From contig MU008165.1 in the NCBI GenBank assembly GCA_010909165.1, positions 1,798,001-1,862,000 of the forward strand: DNA of 64,000 bases. Reading direction: 5' to 3'. A program made the translations under genes and the position numbers. Shown here piece after piece: positions 35,851-48,533 of this stretch (position 1 is its first letter; every line of letters starts with the position of its first letter). The notes under the pieces are model-generated. The model was not told the origin of the DNA. It worked only from the letters and a program-made list of their open reading frames with translations, and searched no databases. This stretch comes from Anthoceros angustus. Taxonomy: Eukaryota; Plantae; Anthocerotophyta.

Positions 35851-38764
35851 GAAGGGAAGGACCAAAAAAACAACAACTAATGAGAGGACTGAGGAGAAGT
35901 GCGTCACTGCAAGCAATGAAGAGAGGAAGACATCGACATGCTAGCCAGCAACAAGGACTGCACATCAGGATCAAGATTAGCGATAGATCTTGGGATATCA
36001 TCATCATAGCTAACATCCTTAGCAACAACAGCAGGTTAAGGAGGTGTAGGTACAATTGGTGCAGGGACAATAGGTGCAGCAGGTAAATTTCCCTCTAAAT
36101 GGTACTTATGTTTCTCCTGGGCTGCTTGGAACATTCTTAAAATGATACACCTATGTTTCTCCTGAATGCCCGGGCTCTTGATCTGCTATCCAAATGCCAA
36201 GTCTATCCACTATCGGATTTCGATGCTTGAGGTTACCTTTGGTATTTATGTTAAATGTAGATCGAGAGGCAGGAGCCTCAATGGCTAAAAAGTTGGACAC
36301 CTCCAACTGCTAGGAAGTTGGGGGAGGAAGATTCCTGGCAACACTTCCACCAAACTCTAGAGCCCCTCAACTCACTAGGGTGGCAGAGAAGCTCTTCCCC
36401 CATACCTCCATAGTCCAAAGCTTGGATTTTTTATATCCATTTTTCACTTAACCCCAAATGACCGTTTCATATTTTACCTCAGATCTTTGAAATTATATTA
36501 TTTTTTAGTATTCATCTTTTGATGTTCTTCTGTAAATTATATCGGGTGGGCCCGACACATATGCTCAAAGGTCCGGGATCTTCAATCGGTGTGGAAAAAT
36601 TCATAGAGTCCAAAACGCAAACTTACACACTTCTCTAAACTAGTAGGATTTGGAGAGAGAATGCATGGCGGGGCACATGCATGGGTGCTGCGATACACAT
36701 TGTCGTATAGATAAGTAGATTTGGATGGTAGGGCATATATATGCTTGGGTGTCGTGACACCTAGTGCTTGACTCTAGGTGTGCGTGGTTTTTATGGCTAT
36801 GTTAGAGCCCATGCAACTGGAATTCCATTCTGGTGCTAGTCAAAGACCATGACAGTAAATAATTGATACTTGTACTTATTTACTTGAAAAATTGGGTCCA
36901 TAGCAAGTAAATTATTGTGTTCATGTTGTACACAAATCTCCAACATGAAGGATGTTTGCTAGCTGAGGCAAAAAGCTTTCCATCACCAAACCTGTGAAAC
37001 ACATACTCTATATATAATTGCATCCACATTCCCACACTGAGGTGATCGTTCTCATGATAGCTCCACTCTCTCTTGTCTACCTCCCTAGCTATATTGTAGA
37101 CATCGTCCCATGTGATCATGAGGGAGTCATCCCTTACCTTCACATAGTGGGGGCCTCATGGATTGATAAAACAAAGGGACAACATTTAACCACTAAAGAA
37201 AATTGATGACGTCGTAAAATCTTATCAACATATACGTGACAATATAAACAATGTCTCACCCAAGCTCTCTTCTTCATTGACAAATGTAGTTCTCTAATAT
37301 CTCGAATTATGCCTGTCGATACTAATCTTCTTATGCTATGTGCGGAAATTGTTTTCATGCTACTTCTTACTCAGATTATATCGGAATAGCACAAACAGCA
37401 TACCATTAGAATCGTGGCAACTAAATAAACAAGTTAGTATATGGCTTGTTTACATTAGTAACGACTAGAGAGAGTGCTGAAAAATTAAAGCCTTCATGTG
37501 AGCAAAACGTTTTCATTCAGCAGCTTGTTCAAAGCTGCTTAGAATCGAACAAAAAGGTCATCGTCACATTCTTCTCCACAAGAAAAATACTTTGGTGATG
37601 ATTTTATAAGAATATAGACTACTTGAGTAAGCTCTGAGTTATAAAAGACATGCGGTTAGAGACAAGGCATGCTATGTGAATCAAAGTGAGAGGAAGCATT
37701 TCTACAAACCAAACCCAATATACCTCACTACCATGATTGGTGAATCTGCTTTAGGTTGACTGGGTTGTGACAATTGACTTGGACCCTTTGTTCATACTGA
37801 TGCAAAATTTGTGGGTGCTCCATTATGGCTATCCATTCCCGCCATGAAATCTTCCACATGTCCCAAGCAATGTGTGAATTCCTGGCTTCCTTCATACGTC
37901 CTTGGGCAGAAGATTTCTTTTGTAGAGCAATTTTTGTCATGTTAGGTGGCATTCTCCAAACGTGTTGGCTGTGGTACTTCGATGGAAAAGGGAAAATATT
38001 AATCCCTCGGCAAATCAACTTCCACCATCACGACTAACATGCACTCATTCAGCAGCAAAGTGTTGCAACTCAACTCCCGCTATCATGGATAACACGTACT
38101 CATTTGGCGCCATTGCATTCTAACCAAAACGGGGTTTCGGCATTTCAGTTAAGTTAGATTCAAAGACGGAAGGCCGCCGCTCAACGGGGTTGATGCCCAA
38201 CGAAGCCGGTGGCCGGTGAAGGCTAAACCGTATAAACATTCTCTACGTCACGGGTCTAGATGGCCAACATGAGAAGGAGATTAGACTAAAGACCATGTGA
38301 TCGTATTGAAGTGGAGACCGAATAAATATGTGCAGCTCCTGCCATACATTTAAGGTGTAAGTGGGTTTGAAAATATGTTTCTTATTTTTGGATTATTTGT
38401 TTTGGGTTTAAATATGGGTTTTAAATTATTAAGTACATTTAAAAGTAAAAATTAATCAAATTTAAAAAATACATGTTTAAACCTAGACTAATAGTTAGGG
38501 TTTTGAATGAATTAAGAAACACATTTTAAAAACTAAAATGAAAATTAGGGTTAGGATGAATTAAGAAATGCATTTTCAAAACTAAACTGACAATTAAGAT
38601 TTAGGATGAATTACGAAACACATTTTCAAAAATAAACTGACAGATAAGGTTTGGGAATCTTTTTTCTAATCATCGAAACCAAAAAGATTAAAACTAAATA
38701 ATATCTTACAACCCATGATCCCTAACTAAACGCCAAAAACAATGTGCCCTTAGCCTGCACCCTT

Positions 38765-38983
38765 GTCCAAACGGCTTAGGCCAAATAGACACACATTTAT
38801 AAGAACGTCGTGATTAAGCATCCTGAGCTTAGATCGGTACTTAGATGGGGTGCTTAAAGGGAGTGGATGCCCTTGGTGCAAGTAGCTTAGGCACGCCATG
38901 GTGAAAGTGGTTAAGTACCGAGTCCCATGATGGAAATCCGTCCTTAATGGGCTTAAAATAAAATTCTTCTTCTTCTTCTTCTT
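38765..38983 (+). mobile_element. Candidate 5S-rRNA-derived SINE, copy 1
   Basis: AGAAC-N7-TTAAGC..GTACTTAGATGGGG..GGGAGT keeps 5S A-box/IE/C-box spacing; then an ~80 bp body and a (TTC)n tail; second copy at 42767. Confidence 0.6.
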
Positions 38984-40351
38984 GACCGCGACTATTTAAT
39001 CCATAGTCTTTGAGGTTAGGGGTCCTAATTACAATGATCTAAGTAAAACAAGAAATAGTGATATAAGATGTAAGTATTATTGATATAATTTAGTAGGGGA
39101 GGAGCCTACTATGTGGAGAAGTAAGTAGCAAGCATCGCAGGAGCGGAGAAATGTGTGAAGTGGTATTATAGCGAGTAAAAGATAGCCTAGCTAGAGACAA
39201 ACAAAAAGTGAATACGACACAAAAAAAATATTATGCATATATCACGCTTTTGTGGCGCAGCCACAACGTGGCTGTGAAACTCGAGGAGGCGCCGCTGTAA
39301 ATGGCGACCGTCTTCCGGCCTTCCAGCCTTCCAGCCTCACCAGGCCCACGACTCATGATATGCACCCGCACGTATCCCGTGACTGTGAAGCTGCGCTGCG
39401 AGACGTGCAAATCGAGTGGCAACAGTTTCCAGAAGCTCGGCAAACGGGAAATGTATAGAATTTCCCGTCTGCTTTTCTTCTGTTCTAGAGTGTATGCAAA
39501 GTGATGGGCAACGGCGTAGCTACGCTGAAGTTGTGAGTTGTAAGCACACATCTTACAAGAAACGAAGGTTACTGGAACGCCCCGCCGCTTCGACACAAAT
39601 GTCACGTTTCCCAAGGCGGTGCTGTCGTCCAAATCCGCAGTGCAGGCCTGTGTGAAAAGCACGGCCAGGTCCTGACACACGCAGTTCCAGCGGAAATCGC
39701 TGGTCAGAGGAAACTCCCCAGTTGCTTCTTCCCGGCGGTGCAGAAGCTGGATGTGGAAGAAGTGAGATTGCGTAGCACAGATTGGAGCAGGCAGCAGCTG
39801 GAGTGCAATTCTGGTCCGCTGAGCTGCAAGGCTGGGTGTGAGAAGGCTGGAAAAGGCAGGAGTGGGTGCAGGAGGGAGGTGTTGCTTGCCTGGCCTTGCT
39901 TAGCTACACGAGGATTGCATGAGCTGTGTCCGGCGAGGTCCAGTTTAATCGAAGAAAGTCGGGAAGGTGGGCCACCCGTGACAGCAGCCACATCTGGGGA
40001 GCTGGGTGCTGCTTGTGACGAGAGAAGGGCAGCACGAGCAGGAGCAGGTGAGGCAGATCGGCTGCGGCATCGGCGGATCGGGGCCGTGGCCATGGCGCCG
40101 GTGGCTGGATGTCTGAAGATCTTGTGGTCTGCGTCTGGCAGCATTCTTCGTGCGTGAGCTTCCAGGTGGGGAATTTGGGTTGAGTTGGGGGGGTGTGAGT
40201 GTTGAGGAAATGCAATGCTGAGGCCAGGTTTGGACGTTGACGACGCTGTGGTTCAGATCTGGTGGAATGGACGGGGGAGCTGGTGGTATGATGTGAGACA
40301 GTAGAGATTGGAGAGTCTCCGGACTGGATCTGGGGGTGGTTGGGCCTGAAA

Positions 40352-42012
40352 ATGACAAGGCAGCCTGTACCGAAGCTTTCTAAGCCAGGAGTAGGAGCGG
40401 TGCTGCAGAAGTCGTTCAGGTTGTTGCGAGGTCACGCTCAGCATTTCTTCCTCGTTGCAGCCGTGCTCATCTTTCCTCTTACCCTAATCTCTTCCCTGGT
40501 ACATACTCCTACCTTCAACGCGATTGTCAATGACACCCCGGGGCTCATTTTCACCCTCGTTCCCGCAAATTCTGCCCTGTCAGCGATTAGAAACCCCGGT
40601 GATCTGCATCACTCCCTTCTAGACTTCCCGACGCATCTCACCTCGCAGAGCAGGCATCTGCTTCAGTTTACAGATGACGAGGGTTCGTTGCTTGGGATTA
40701 AGGTGAAGGATGGCGACGCACAGAAATCGGGGTTTCTGGACTTCTTCCGAGGCTTCTTTGGGTCTGCTGCAGAGAGCAAAAACCTGACTCTTCCTGATAA
40801 TTTCGCCTTGAATGCCTCGATTGAAGCATCTACCAGCATACCAGAACCTCAGGGTAACATTTCTTTGAGCAGCCAGCAAATAGATGGGGACTCGAACGCG
40901 AATGGTGAGATCAAGGACTCTGTTGAAGATGAAGGCGACATGCTGGCAAGCTTCACCTCGGAGAAGGCTTCCCAGCTCTTCTGGATGGTGCTCTTGATCG
41001 TGTGCGATTTAGGAGCTTGGGTTGTTCTGAAGTGTGTTTCAGAAGCAGCTGTGGCCACCAGTGTCGCAGGTAGTTACTTGGGAACACTGGCAGGGTTGCC
41101 TGGACAACCGAAGAAGGTTTTCTTCACCCGTGATTATTTCAGGTATGTCTGCTGCTAGTGTGCTGGTTTGTACTACCTGATGGGGGACTCCCCCTTAGTG
41201 TCGATCTTCTTATCAACTTTTCTGCTTCTCTTTCATTGACCAGGTCACTATGGCACGCCTCTGGCCGAGTCTTCGTCACCGTCCTTGCACTAGGGAGTCT
41301 ATTCACAATTATTGATGTGCTGCTATTCACTGCTCTAATTGTTGAGTACGCTGTCTTGATGCTGCTTCTGAACGTTCCTGCCCTCACCGTCATCTTTCTG
41401 GCGATGACTTTCCTGTTCTTTGGCGTGGTTGCCATTCATGTGCTTATTGTCACAACCCTAGCCCCCGCTGTCTCTGTTCTGGAGGGCAAGTATGGATGGA
41501 CAGCTCTCGCAAGAAGTGCATACCTCATTAGAAATTCCAGGAAGTTTTCAACTGCCTTCTTGCTCAAAATCATCATCCTGGTTGTGCAATACCTGCTTCT
41601 AGGGCTGGGAGTGAACGCACTCATTTATGGGTTCATCGACTTCAGCGCCAGGCTACTGCTAGGCAACAAGTCAGTGGAGGAATTCGCCCGTTCTGAGGGT
41701 GTGGTGAAGATACCATGGATGGTGATTGACTATGACATCCTCTTCAACAACACGGTGGCCACTGCTGTTACTCTGTTCACTATTGTGGTGAACACAGTTC
41801 TCCTCTTCTTCTGCAAGACAGGGTGTGGAGAGCACCTCGGCGAGAAGGTGACTTTTGGGGGTAGTAGAGAGCTCACTGAACTAGTTAGGGATGGTAGCAC
41901 TGCTCATAGAAGCTCGGGGACAGGCACTTCTTACAATGCCAGTGATTCTTTGCTAGAGTTTGTGTCACCTTCGAGCTCCCATGCCATTCGGCATGGCGGC
42001 CATGGGCCCTGA
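40352..42012 (+). CDS. Multi-pass membrane protein of an uncharacterised plant family; exons 40352-41142 and 41244-42012
   Basis: Several hydrophobic helices; motif LAPAVSVLEGKYGWTALARSAYLI; one phase-2 GT-AG intron. Confidence 0.8.
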
Positions 42013-42766
42013 ATCCTGGACGTGATTTTGTCCTAGATTATGTGGGAGGGGGCGGCGGGGGGAAATTCGAACTGCATCACCCCCGTCATTAGCTCCTCTC
42101 ATTACCTCATGTAGATTAGTAAAAGTGGGTCGATATTGTTCCTGTGGATTGTTAGATCCGCCGCTCAATTCATTCACACTTACCGGTTCACCTAACGAAT
42201 AACTCTTTCCTTTGCCATTCTGCTTCTGTCTGACTGACAAAAAAATAGAGCAGCTGCAACGTGTTGTGGTGTGATGCCCAACTTGTGCATCACATTCACA
42301 CCTATCTTGCCACTTCACTGCCACAACCTTCCGACTTCCTGTCTCTGTGAACTTTACTCCCTGCTACCTGTCAGAGCATGCTTTTCAGAGCAGCTACGTT
42401 CCAAACCCGGCATGTTTCAAGTGTTGTCGTTACATTTCTTCCACAGTGCCATTTTAAAGACGCAAAAAACAGATGACGCTGCTAGAACTTAAATGCCAAA
42501 CCCGGTTGGCTGCATTGCGGGATTTGAGAACGCATTATCACTCTACATGAACACTCTTTTTGTGACGCTAATTATGAACCCTGTAAACTGAAGAATACGG
42601 GTGTGGTGTGACCGGAGACAATATGTCACGTATGTGTGCAGTTTCCAGCCGGAAAATTAAGTTCTTCCTGCCTACCTAGTAGCTAGTTAAACATACAATT
42701 TGAAATTTGAAACCGTTGAGGTACCGTACACCGAGGGGTGGTTCAACAGGGTTATGCCAACTGTGT

Positions 42767-42978
42767 GTCCAAATGGCTTAGGCCAAATGAATACACATTT
42801 ATAAGAACGCAGTTATTAATCATCCTGCGCTTAGTTCGGCACTTAGATGGGGTGCCTAAAGGGAGTGGATGCCATTGGTGGAAGTAGCCTGGGCACACCA
42901 TGGTACAAGTAGTTAAGTACCAAGTCCAATAACAGGAAAATTCCATTCAAGTGGACTATAATATATTCTTCTTCTTCT
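42767..42978 (+). mobile_element. Candidate 5S-rRNA-derived SINE, copy 2
   Basis: Colinear with 38765-38983 (roughly 75-80% identical by eye); (TTC)4 tail; TATGCC occurs on both sides as a possible TSD. Confidence 0.6.
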
Positions 42979-43974
42979 ATGCCGAGATAATTATTTTAAA
43001 AAATATAAGTTCAACATCAATATTTATATTTTTGAAATTTTCTAAAAATAATTTTATCAAAAACATTTCAACATTTGTTAAACTACATACCTATCTAAAA
43101 CTAAATATTAACTTCCCTCAAACAAGCCCTAGTTTCAAAGCGAGTGTACCGTTCTCGGTCTTCCGATCCTGGCCTACTAGGGCTCCCGTTCCTTCTCCCG
43201 CCGTTCTTGGCCTCCTAATCTCGACGATGTGCTCAGTCTTTTGATCTCGGCCAACCCTTCTCCTCGCCTTTTCTTGGTTTTCGGCATCTAGCCCGGATAA
43301 TTTTTTCGATATTCGGTATTTTCTGCTTAATAATTTCTTGATTTTTATTATTTTATAATTATAATTGATTAATGCCAAGGCACCCCTCGAAGGACGGTGA
43401 ACAAATCCTGGCTAATAAGGACGTATGTATGTGGATAATATTCCGACGTCGTTGAAATATTACGTTTTTGGGGAGGAAAACTAACCGTGCAACCCCCGTC
43501 CCTACACACTGACCAATTGAAGGGGATAAACCTTCTTCAACTAGGATCTTGATCAAGCAGCAGCATAAACGATTCCGCAGCCTATGACAAGGATGGCTGC
43601 GATCATTCTTGAACAACACATTCAATGTGGATAGGAGTGTTCAGAGACATCTACATAGTTACTTGGGCAGAGCGCCTTGAGTGCAAAAAGCAAACATTCG
43701 AATCCAATCCTACTGAGAAAATGAGCACATACCTACTGGTATGCATGCATATGTAACCCATGGCAGCCTGGTAATGCAAACGCTGAGATGACTAATGATA
43801 TTGGTAGGTGAAGGAGTTACCTATAAGCCCAAAGGAAATAATTATTGAAACTTACATACTGTGCTATGGCGTATATACTAAAATGATCTGGGGTTTTAAG
43901 AGGGTTGTCATAAGAAGTTTTTCCGCCGCTAAAATAAGCACTAGCAGGGAGGGCCATACTAAGAAGGGGCATTC

Positions 43975-44770
43975 GGCCCCAGGGAATGGTGGCATCGACA
44001 AAGGTGACTTCGGTTGCCATCGATGCAGCTATGGCCACCGCCATGAACAACATGATTGAACTGCTGGAGAAGGTGCGAAACCTCAAGCTGCGGTGCACAA
44101 AGATGGAGAGCGTTATGGGTACTTCCGTAGATGGTACGCAAACAGGAGGAGCCACGCAGGAGCCACATCTGTTGAGTTCATGGAGTACATGAATGTAGCC
44201 ATGGCAGGCTCCTCTTTGAATCCAACCAGGCCTTTGAGAGGTTTCAAGTTTGGTGCACCTCCTCCCCCTCCTTCCCCTTTCCCTCCTCCCTCTCCTTTCC
44301 CTTTCATTTGAGCAATGCATCTCGCTCCCCCTCCAATTCCACAGGGACAGCCGGCTGCACCCTGTGCCATGGAGGGAGAGGTGCAGCCGGCTGTCCCTGT
44401 GGAATTGGAGGGGGAGCGAGATGCATCCCCGGAATGAAAAGAAAAGGAGAGAGAGGAGGGAAAGGGGAAGGAGGGGGAGGAGGCGCACCAAACTCGAAAC
44501 CTCTGAAGGGCCCGATTGGGTTCGAGGAGGAGCCTGTCATGGCTATGTTCATGGAGTGGTGTTCATAACTATGGTTTCTGCATGGCTACCCTTGTTTGCG
44601 TGCCATCTATAGAAGTGGGGTTCCATCCATAATGCCCTCCATCTTCGTTTATTGTAGCTTGAGGTTGTGCACCTTTTCCACCAATTCAATCATGAGGTTC
44701 ATGGCACCGGCCATGGCTGCATCTATGGCAACCGTAGTCACCTTCTTCGATGCCACCATCCCCCGAAGCT
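43975..44770. repeat. Long inverted repeat made of two diverged gag-like segments joined tail-to-tail
   Basis: Arms encode MVASTKVTSVAIDAAMATAM.. (+) and MVASKKVTTVAIDAAMAGAM.. (-); perfect 47 bp stem 44315-44361/44380-44426 with an 18 nt loop. Confidence 0.92.
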
Positions 44771-45239
44771 TCTCCTTATCTTTGCCTAAGCTAGCTACAT
44801 AGCTCTCTCCCCTGGATCTCCTCCTCAAAGCTCTGCTGTAGACACACTCACACTCTACCCTCTCACAGCCTCTAGGCACCCCAGTCCTATCCTCAACAAG
44901 AGTGTGGCACGAGTGCTAAGATGCCCCCTTTAGGGTCAGCCTCATCCCTTAAATATGGAGACTTACTTCATCCCCAAGTAACTGCTTAAAGTAGACTACC
45001 TTCCTTAAGCCCTAAGCTAAGCTTCGCTACCACTAACCACATCTTACTAAACTAAATCCAAGGTTGCATGCCTCTCATGCATGGCTCCTTACTTTTTCCC
45101 CTACCAGGAAAAAATGATCATTGCCCTCAGTGATAGCCAATATATCGAGCGATCATCCATGATCCTTTCTGGATCTCCTCTAACATTATCCAAACTAGGT
45201 TTGAGATATTGAACATGTACTCTGGTATGATTCCACGTT

Positions 45240-45720
45240 TCATAGGCACGCTACTCTTTGCAAGGAATCCCTCAATTTTTCGCAATCCTTGATTATGTTG
45301 CATGAAAATACTATATTTCTTTTTGTCCATGTCCTCCTTCTGCTTGCCTGGTGTGCAAGAATCCATTCAGGCAGTTGTAGCTTGTAAGCCAATTCCCCAA
45401 TGCGCTCTAAGAATACAAAAAGACCTCCATATCTCGGCCTTAGCTGAAGAGATAATCCCAGTGGTAATATGAAATGTTTCAACTTTACCCATAACTTATC
45501 ACCAACATTGAAGACACTTTCTCTTCTGTGCTTGACATTATATTTCTTGAGCCTTGGCTAAAATTTCATTAGCAATCTCATGCCTAGCCTTCCCTGAAGT
45601 CGGATGCCCCACCAACGGGGAGAGTTGGTGCTTGCTCCAGCTGGGCCATGCGGCCGACTGCTTTGGAGCTCCAAACTTTGCCCCTCTTGCCCCCTTCTCC
45701 CTTGCACCTTTTCCCTTCAC
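45240..45720 (-). mobile_element. Ty3/gypsy integrase C-terminal (SH3-like) remnant
   Basis: FNVGDKLWVKL..LRPRYGGLFVFLERIGELAYKLQLP..H. Confidence 0.75.
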
Positions 45721-46249
45721 CGGCTTAGACTAGTGACGGTGTAGAACACTCTATCCCCTTGGGCGCATCCTGCAACTCTAAACCCTTACCCTAAAAAACA
45801 CATCTGTTGTATTATAGATTCTAGACTTGGGTGGCAAGATTGATACATTGGGGCCTTCGTGGCCGATCTCGTCAGGGTCATGTGATCATAAATTTTCCCA
45901 TCTTATGCGGCGAAAAAACTTGTTATGACAACCCTGATAAAAAAGCCCACATCACTTCAGTACACTATAGCAGTGACGTGAGTGACGATATTTAGCTGAA
46001 GCATCTCTTAATAGCGTGTGCACTTGATATAATGATCTTCCAGGAAGAGCATCACGGTGCCCTGACAAAGATAGAACAACAACAAAAAGGACATCCCAAT
46101 AAAGTGGCAGCAATAATCTCCTACCACCGAGCTGGGAATCACAACCAAACACTTCCAAGCCGCAAGACAACCGAGTAGGAATCGCAGTTCCAAAGCTCCA
46201 AAATCCTAAAATCTATGGCGTTCAATGCCAACTACACAGCTAATGACTG

Positions 46250-46900
46250 AGACAAGTTTATATTGAATGGACAGGAGATCAAAACTACTATGGCCTACAA
46301 CTACTTGGGTCTCCTAATTCCGAGAAATTATAAACAATACAAGGACTAAAGATGTCTGACAAGAGATAGCAAAAGCGCTAGCAAAGGCCCAATCTTTACT
46401 AAACAAACTTGCAAACGGATGCCTCAACGACATAGGGATTGCCATTATGGTTTCCAAGGTTTGTGTTCGCACCAGTCCACACTATGCAACTGAAACTTGG
46501 GGACCATCCTACTTGGCTAGGCATTGGGAAGATGTGGAATCTATCCAAATCGTTTCTTTAGGAGAATATTGAAACTTAAGATCACTTCTAGCTCAATATC
46601 TAATGATTATTAGCTATTGAGTTAGGGGAATATCCATTAGACATCCAAGCTCTCAAACAAAGAATGAGATTTGCTCAATACCTCGTTCAAATGGAAGCAT
46701 CCTAGGGCCTTAAGAGCCGACATAAAAATATGCAGGTTTGGAGGGCGGTGGGCCAACCTATACTCTTGGCTGCACAGATCTGTGCTTGCATCATTATGCA
46801 CCCATATATAGGCCCCATCTAGATGGCGCTTGGCTTCATGTGCTTGCATAATGATGCCATGGCACAAATACATACAAGCCCTAACCAAGCTATACACCCA
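46250..46900 (+). mobile_element. Degenerate LINE (RTE-like) reverse transcriptase remnant
   Basis: LNGQEIKTTMAYNYLG, RIAKA, YATETWG, IQ, LDIQALKQRMRF across frameshifts. Confidence 0.6.
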
Positions 46901-47723
46901 ACCAATGGAACAACTATTCTGTCACCTCGGTATTTACATACTTGGGAGCGTGCAAAGCTGAATTAACAAGACTATCATTTGAGCATGTAGGCTAGCCATG
47001 GGCTGAAAGGACCGCGCACTAAGTGGGCGGCTCGAGTGCGCCAATAGGTCAGTGGACTCCGTGCGTCCCAGCCTTGTAGGTGTGCCGGGATTCTCGGTAG
47101 ACTCCATGCGTCCTGGCCTTGCACAGTGTCGAGAGTGGGGCAGGACTCCCGGCGTGCTGATCGCACGGTAGTACGCGCTAGTAGCACGGCGGACACGGGG
47201 GACTTTAGGCCGGCGCACTCGTGGCGGTGGGAGTCTCGGCATCCCGGAATTGCAAAAAAAAAAAGAATTTGCAGAGAAATTTGTGAGGCTAAAGTCCAAG
47301 GACAGAATCGACCACGGAGAGCGGCGAAAAAAAAAAAAAAAGAAGGGTACCAAAATCCAAGGATGATTGTTGCTTGGCTGATAGTAATTGGGAGCTTTGG
47401 GAAGCAAAATTTGATGTACGATTCCCAAGGGCCAAGGACAACTTAGGTATATAAATGATGACAAGCTTGTGATATCGTTTCAAACAAGAACAACATTATG
47501 TCTCAGTTACAAACATCAACATTGGACTTGGTAAGTTCCGGGTCGTTTATTGAAATGCTGTATGAAAACATGATGTCCTGCATATTGGGATAGTGAGTGA
47601 TTTTTTATGTGAATAACTTTCTAGCTATGAATGGCTTTTCATGTTATGAATGAAAGTTGTTATTGTGAATGAGATTTTTTTCTAGTGAATGATATTTTTT
47701 TACAGTGAATAACTTTTCACCTT

Positions 47724-48533
47724 TTGATCAATCAGAAAATCTACAATGAATGCGGAGAAAATTTTGAGGATATTTACATGTTAGGAACAAAGATTGGAAC
47801 AGGAACATTTGGCATTGTTTATGAATGTACGAATTTGAGTACGAAACAGTTATGGGCCTGTAAATGCATTTCCAAATTAGGGAAAGAAACACAGGCCATC
47901 GAAAATATGAGGCTCGAAGCGCGTATTATGAAACATCTTCCAAAGCATCCTTGTATTATAGGATTCCAAGATTTTTTTGAGAACGATAATGAAGTACGGA
48001 TCGTTATGGAATTATGCAGAGGAGGCGATATGTTTGACTACATTAATACTAGAAGAGAATATGGAGAGCAAGATATAGTTCAAATATCTCAACAAGTGAT
48101 TCAAGCCATCCAATTTTGCCATGACCATGGAATTATACACAGAGATTTGAAACCTGACAATTTTCTTTTTGTCGATGGTGATAAGAAAGTCTTAAAACTC
48201 GTTGATTTTGGATTGGCTGCTTTTCATATCAAAGATTATAAGCATTCAACTGTTGTGGGTAGTGACTCTTATATGGCTCCAGAGGTATTTAATCAAAGCT
48301 ATGGGCTTGAAGCAGATATATGGAGTGCAGGCGTAATATTACATGCTTTATTGAGTGGATATACTCCTCCCTTTCATGGAAATGGAGTTTATCAGAAAGT
48401 AAACTTAACCGGAAATCCTTGGAAAAAAATTTCATTGAATGGGAAGGCTTTATTACAACTTATGTTAAATCCTCATCCATGGCTACGTCCAACATTGGAA
48501 CAAATCCTTAATCATGCGTGGATGAAGATGTAG
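47724..48533 (+). CDS. CDPK-type Ser/Thr kinase domain only (no junction or EF-hands), uninterrupted ORF; first ATG at 47778
   Basis: IGTGTFG, ACK, IMKHLPKHP, VMELCRGGDMFD, HRDLKPDNFL, DFG, YMAPE, ADIWSAGVIL; stop follows HAWMKM. Confidence 0.85.
   Translation: MINQKIYNECGENFEDIYMLGTKIGTGTFGIVYECTNLSTKQLWACKCISKLGKETQAIENMRLEARIMKHLPKHPCIIGFQDFFENDNEVRIVMELCRGGDMFDYINTRREYGEQDIVQISQQVIQAIQFCHDHGIIHRDLKPDNFLFVDGDKKVLKLVDFGLAAFHIKDYKHSTVVGSDSYMAPEVFNQSYGLEADIWSAGVILHALLSGYTPPFHGNGVYQKVNLTGNPWKKISLNGKALLQLMLNPHPWLRPTLEQILNHAWMKM

Noticed and set aside
36800-38050. Possible Mutator-like transposase remnant on the - strand
   Set aside because: Only vague protein-like fragments with no motif I could confirm and no TIRs found.
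38440-38660. AT-rich ~60 bp degenerate repeats with TTAGGG-like words
   Set aside because: Not a telomere array; likely TE-internal repeats with nothing further to support.
38765-38885. Functional 5S rRNA gene
   Set aside because: Too diverged from 5S, no 5'/3' terminal helix and no oligo-T terminator; treated as a derived element.
47185-47210. RNase MRP RNA (AAAGTCCCC on the - strand)
   Set aside because: Lacks the GGAAAG context and the complementary GGGGCTTAC half of P4.
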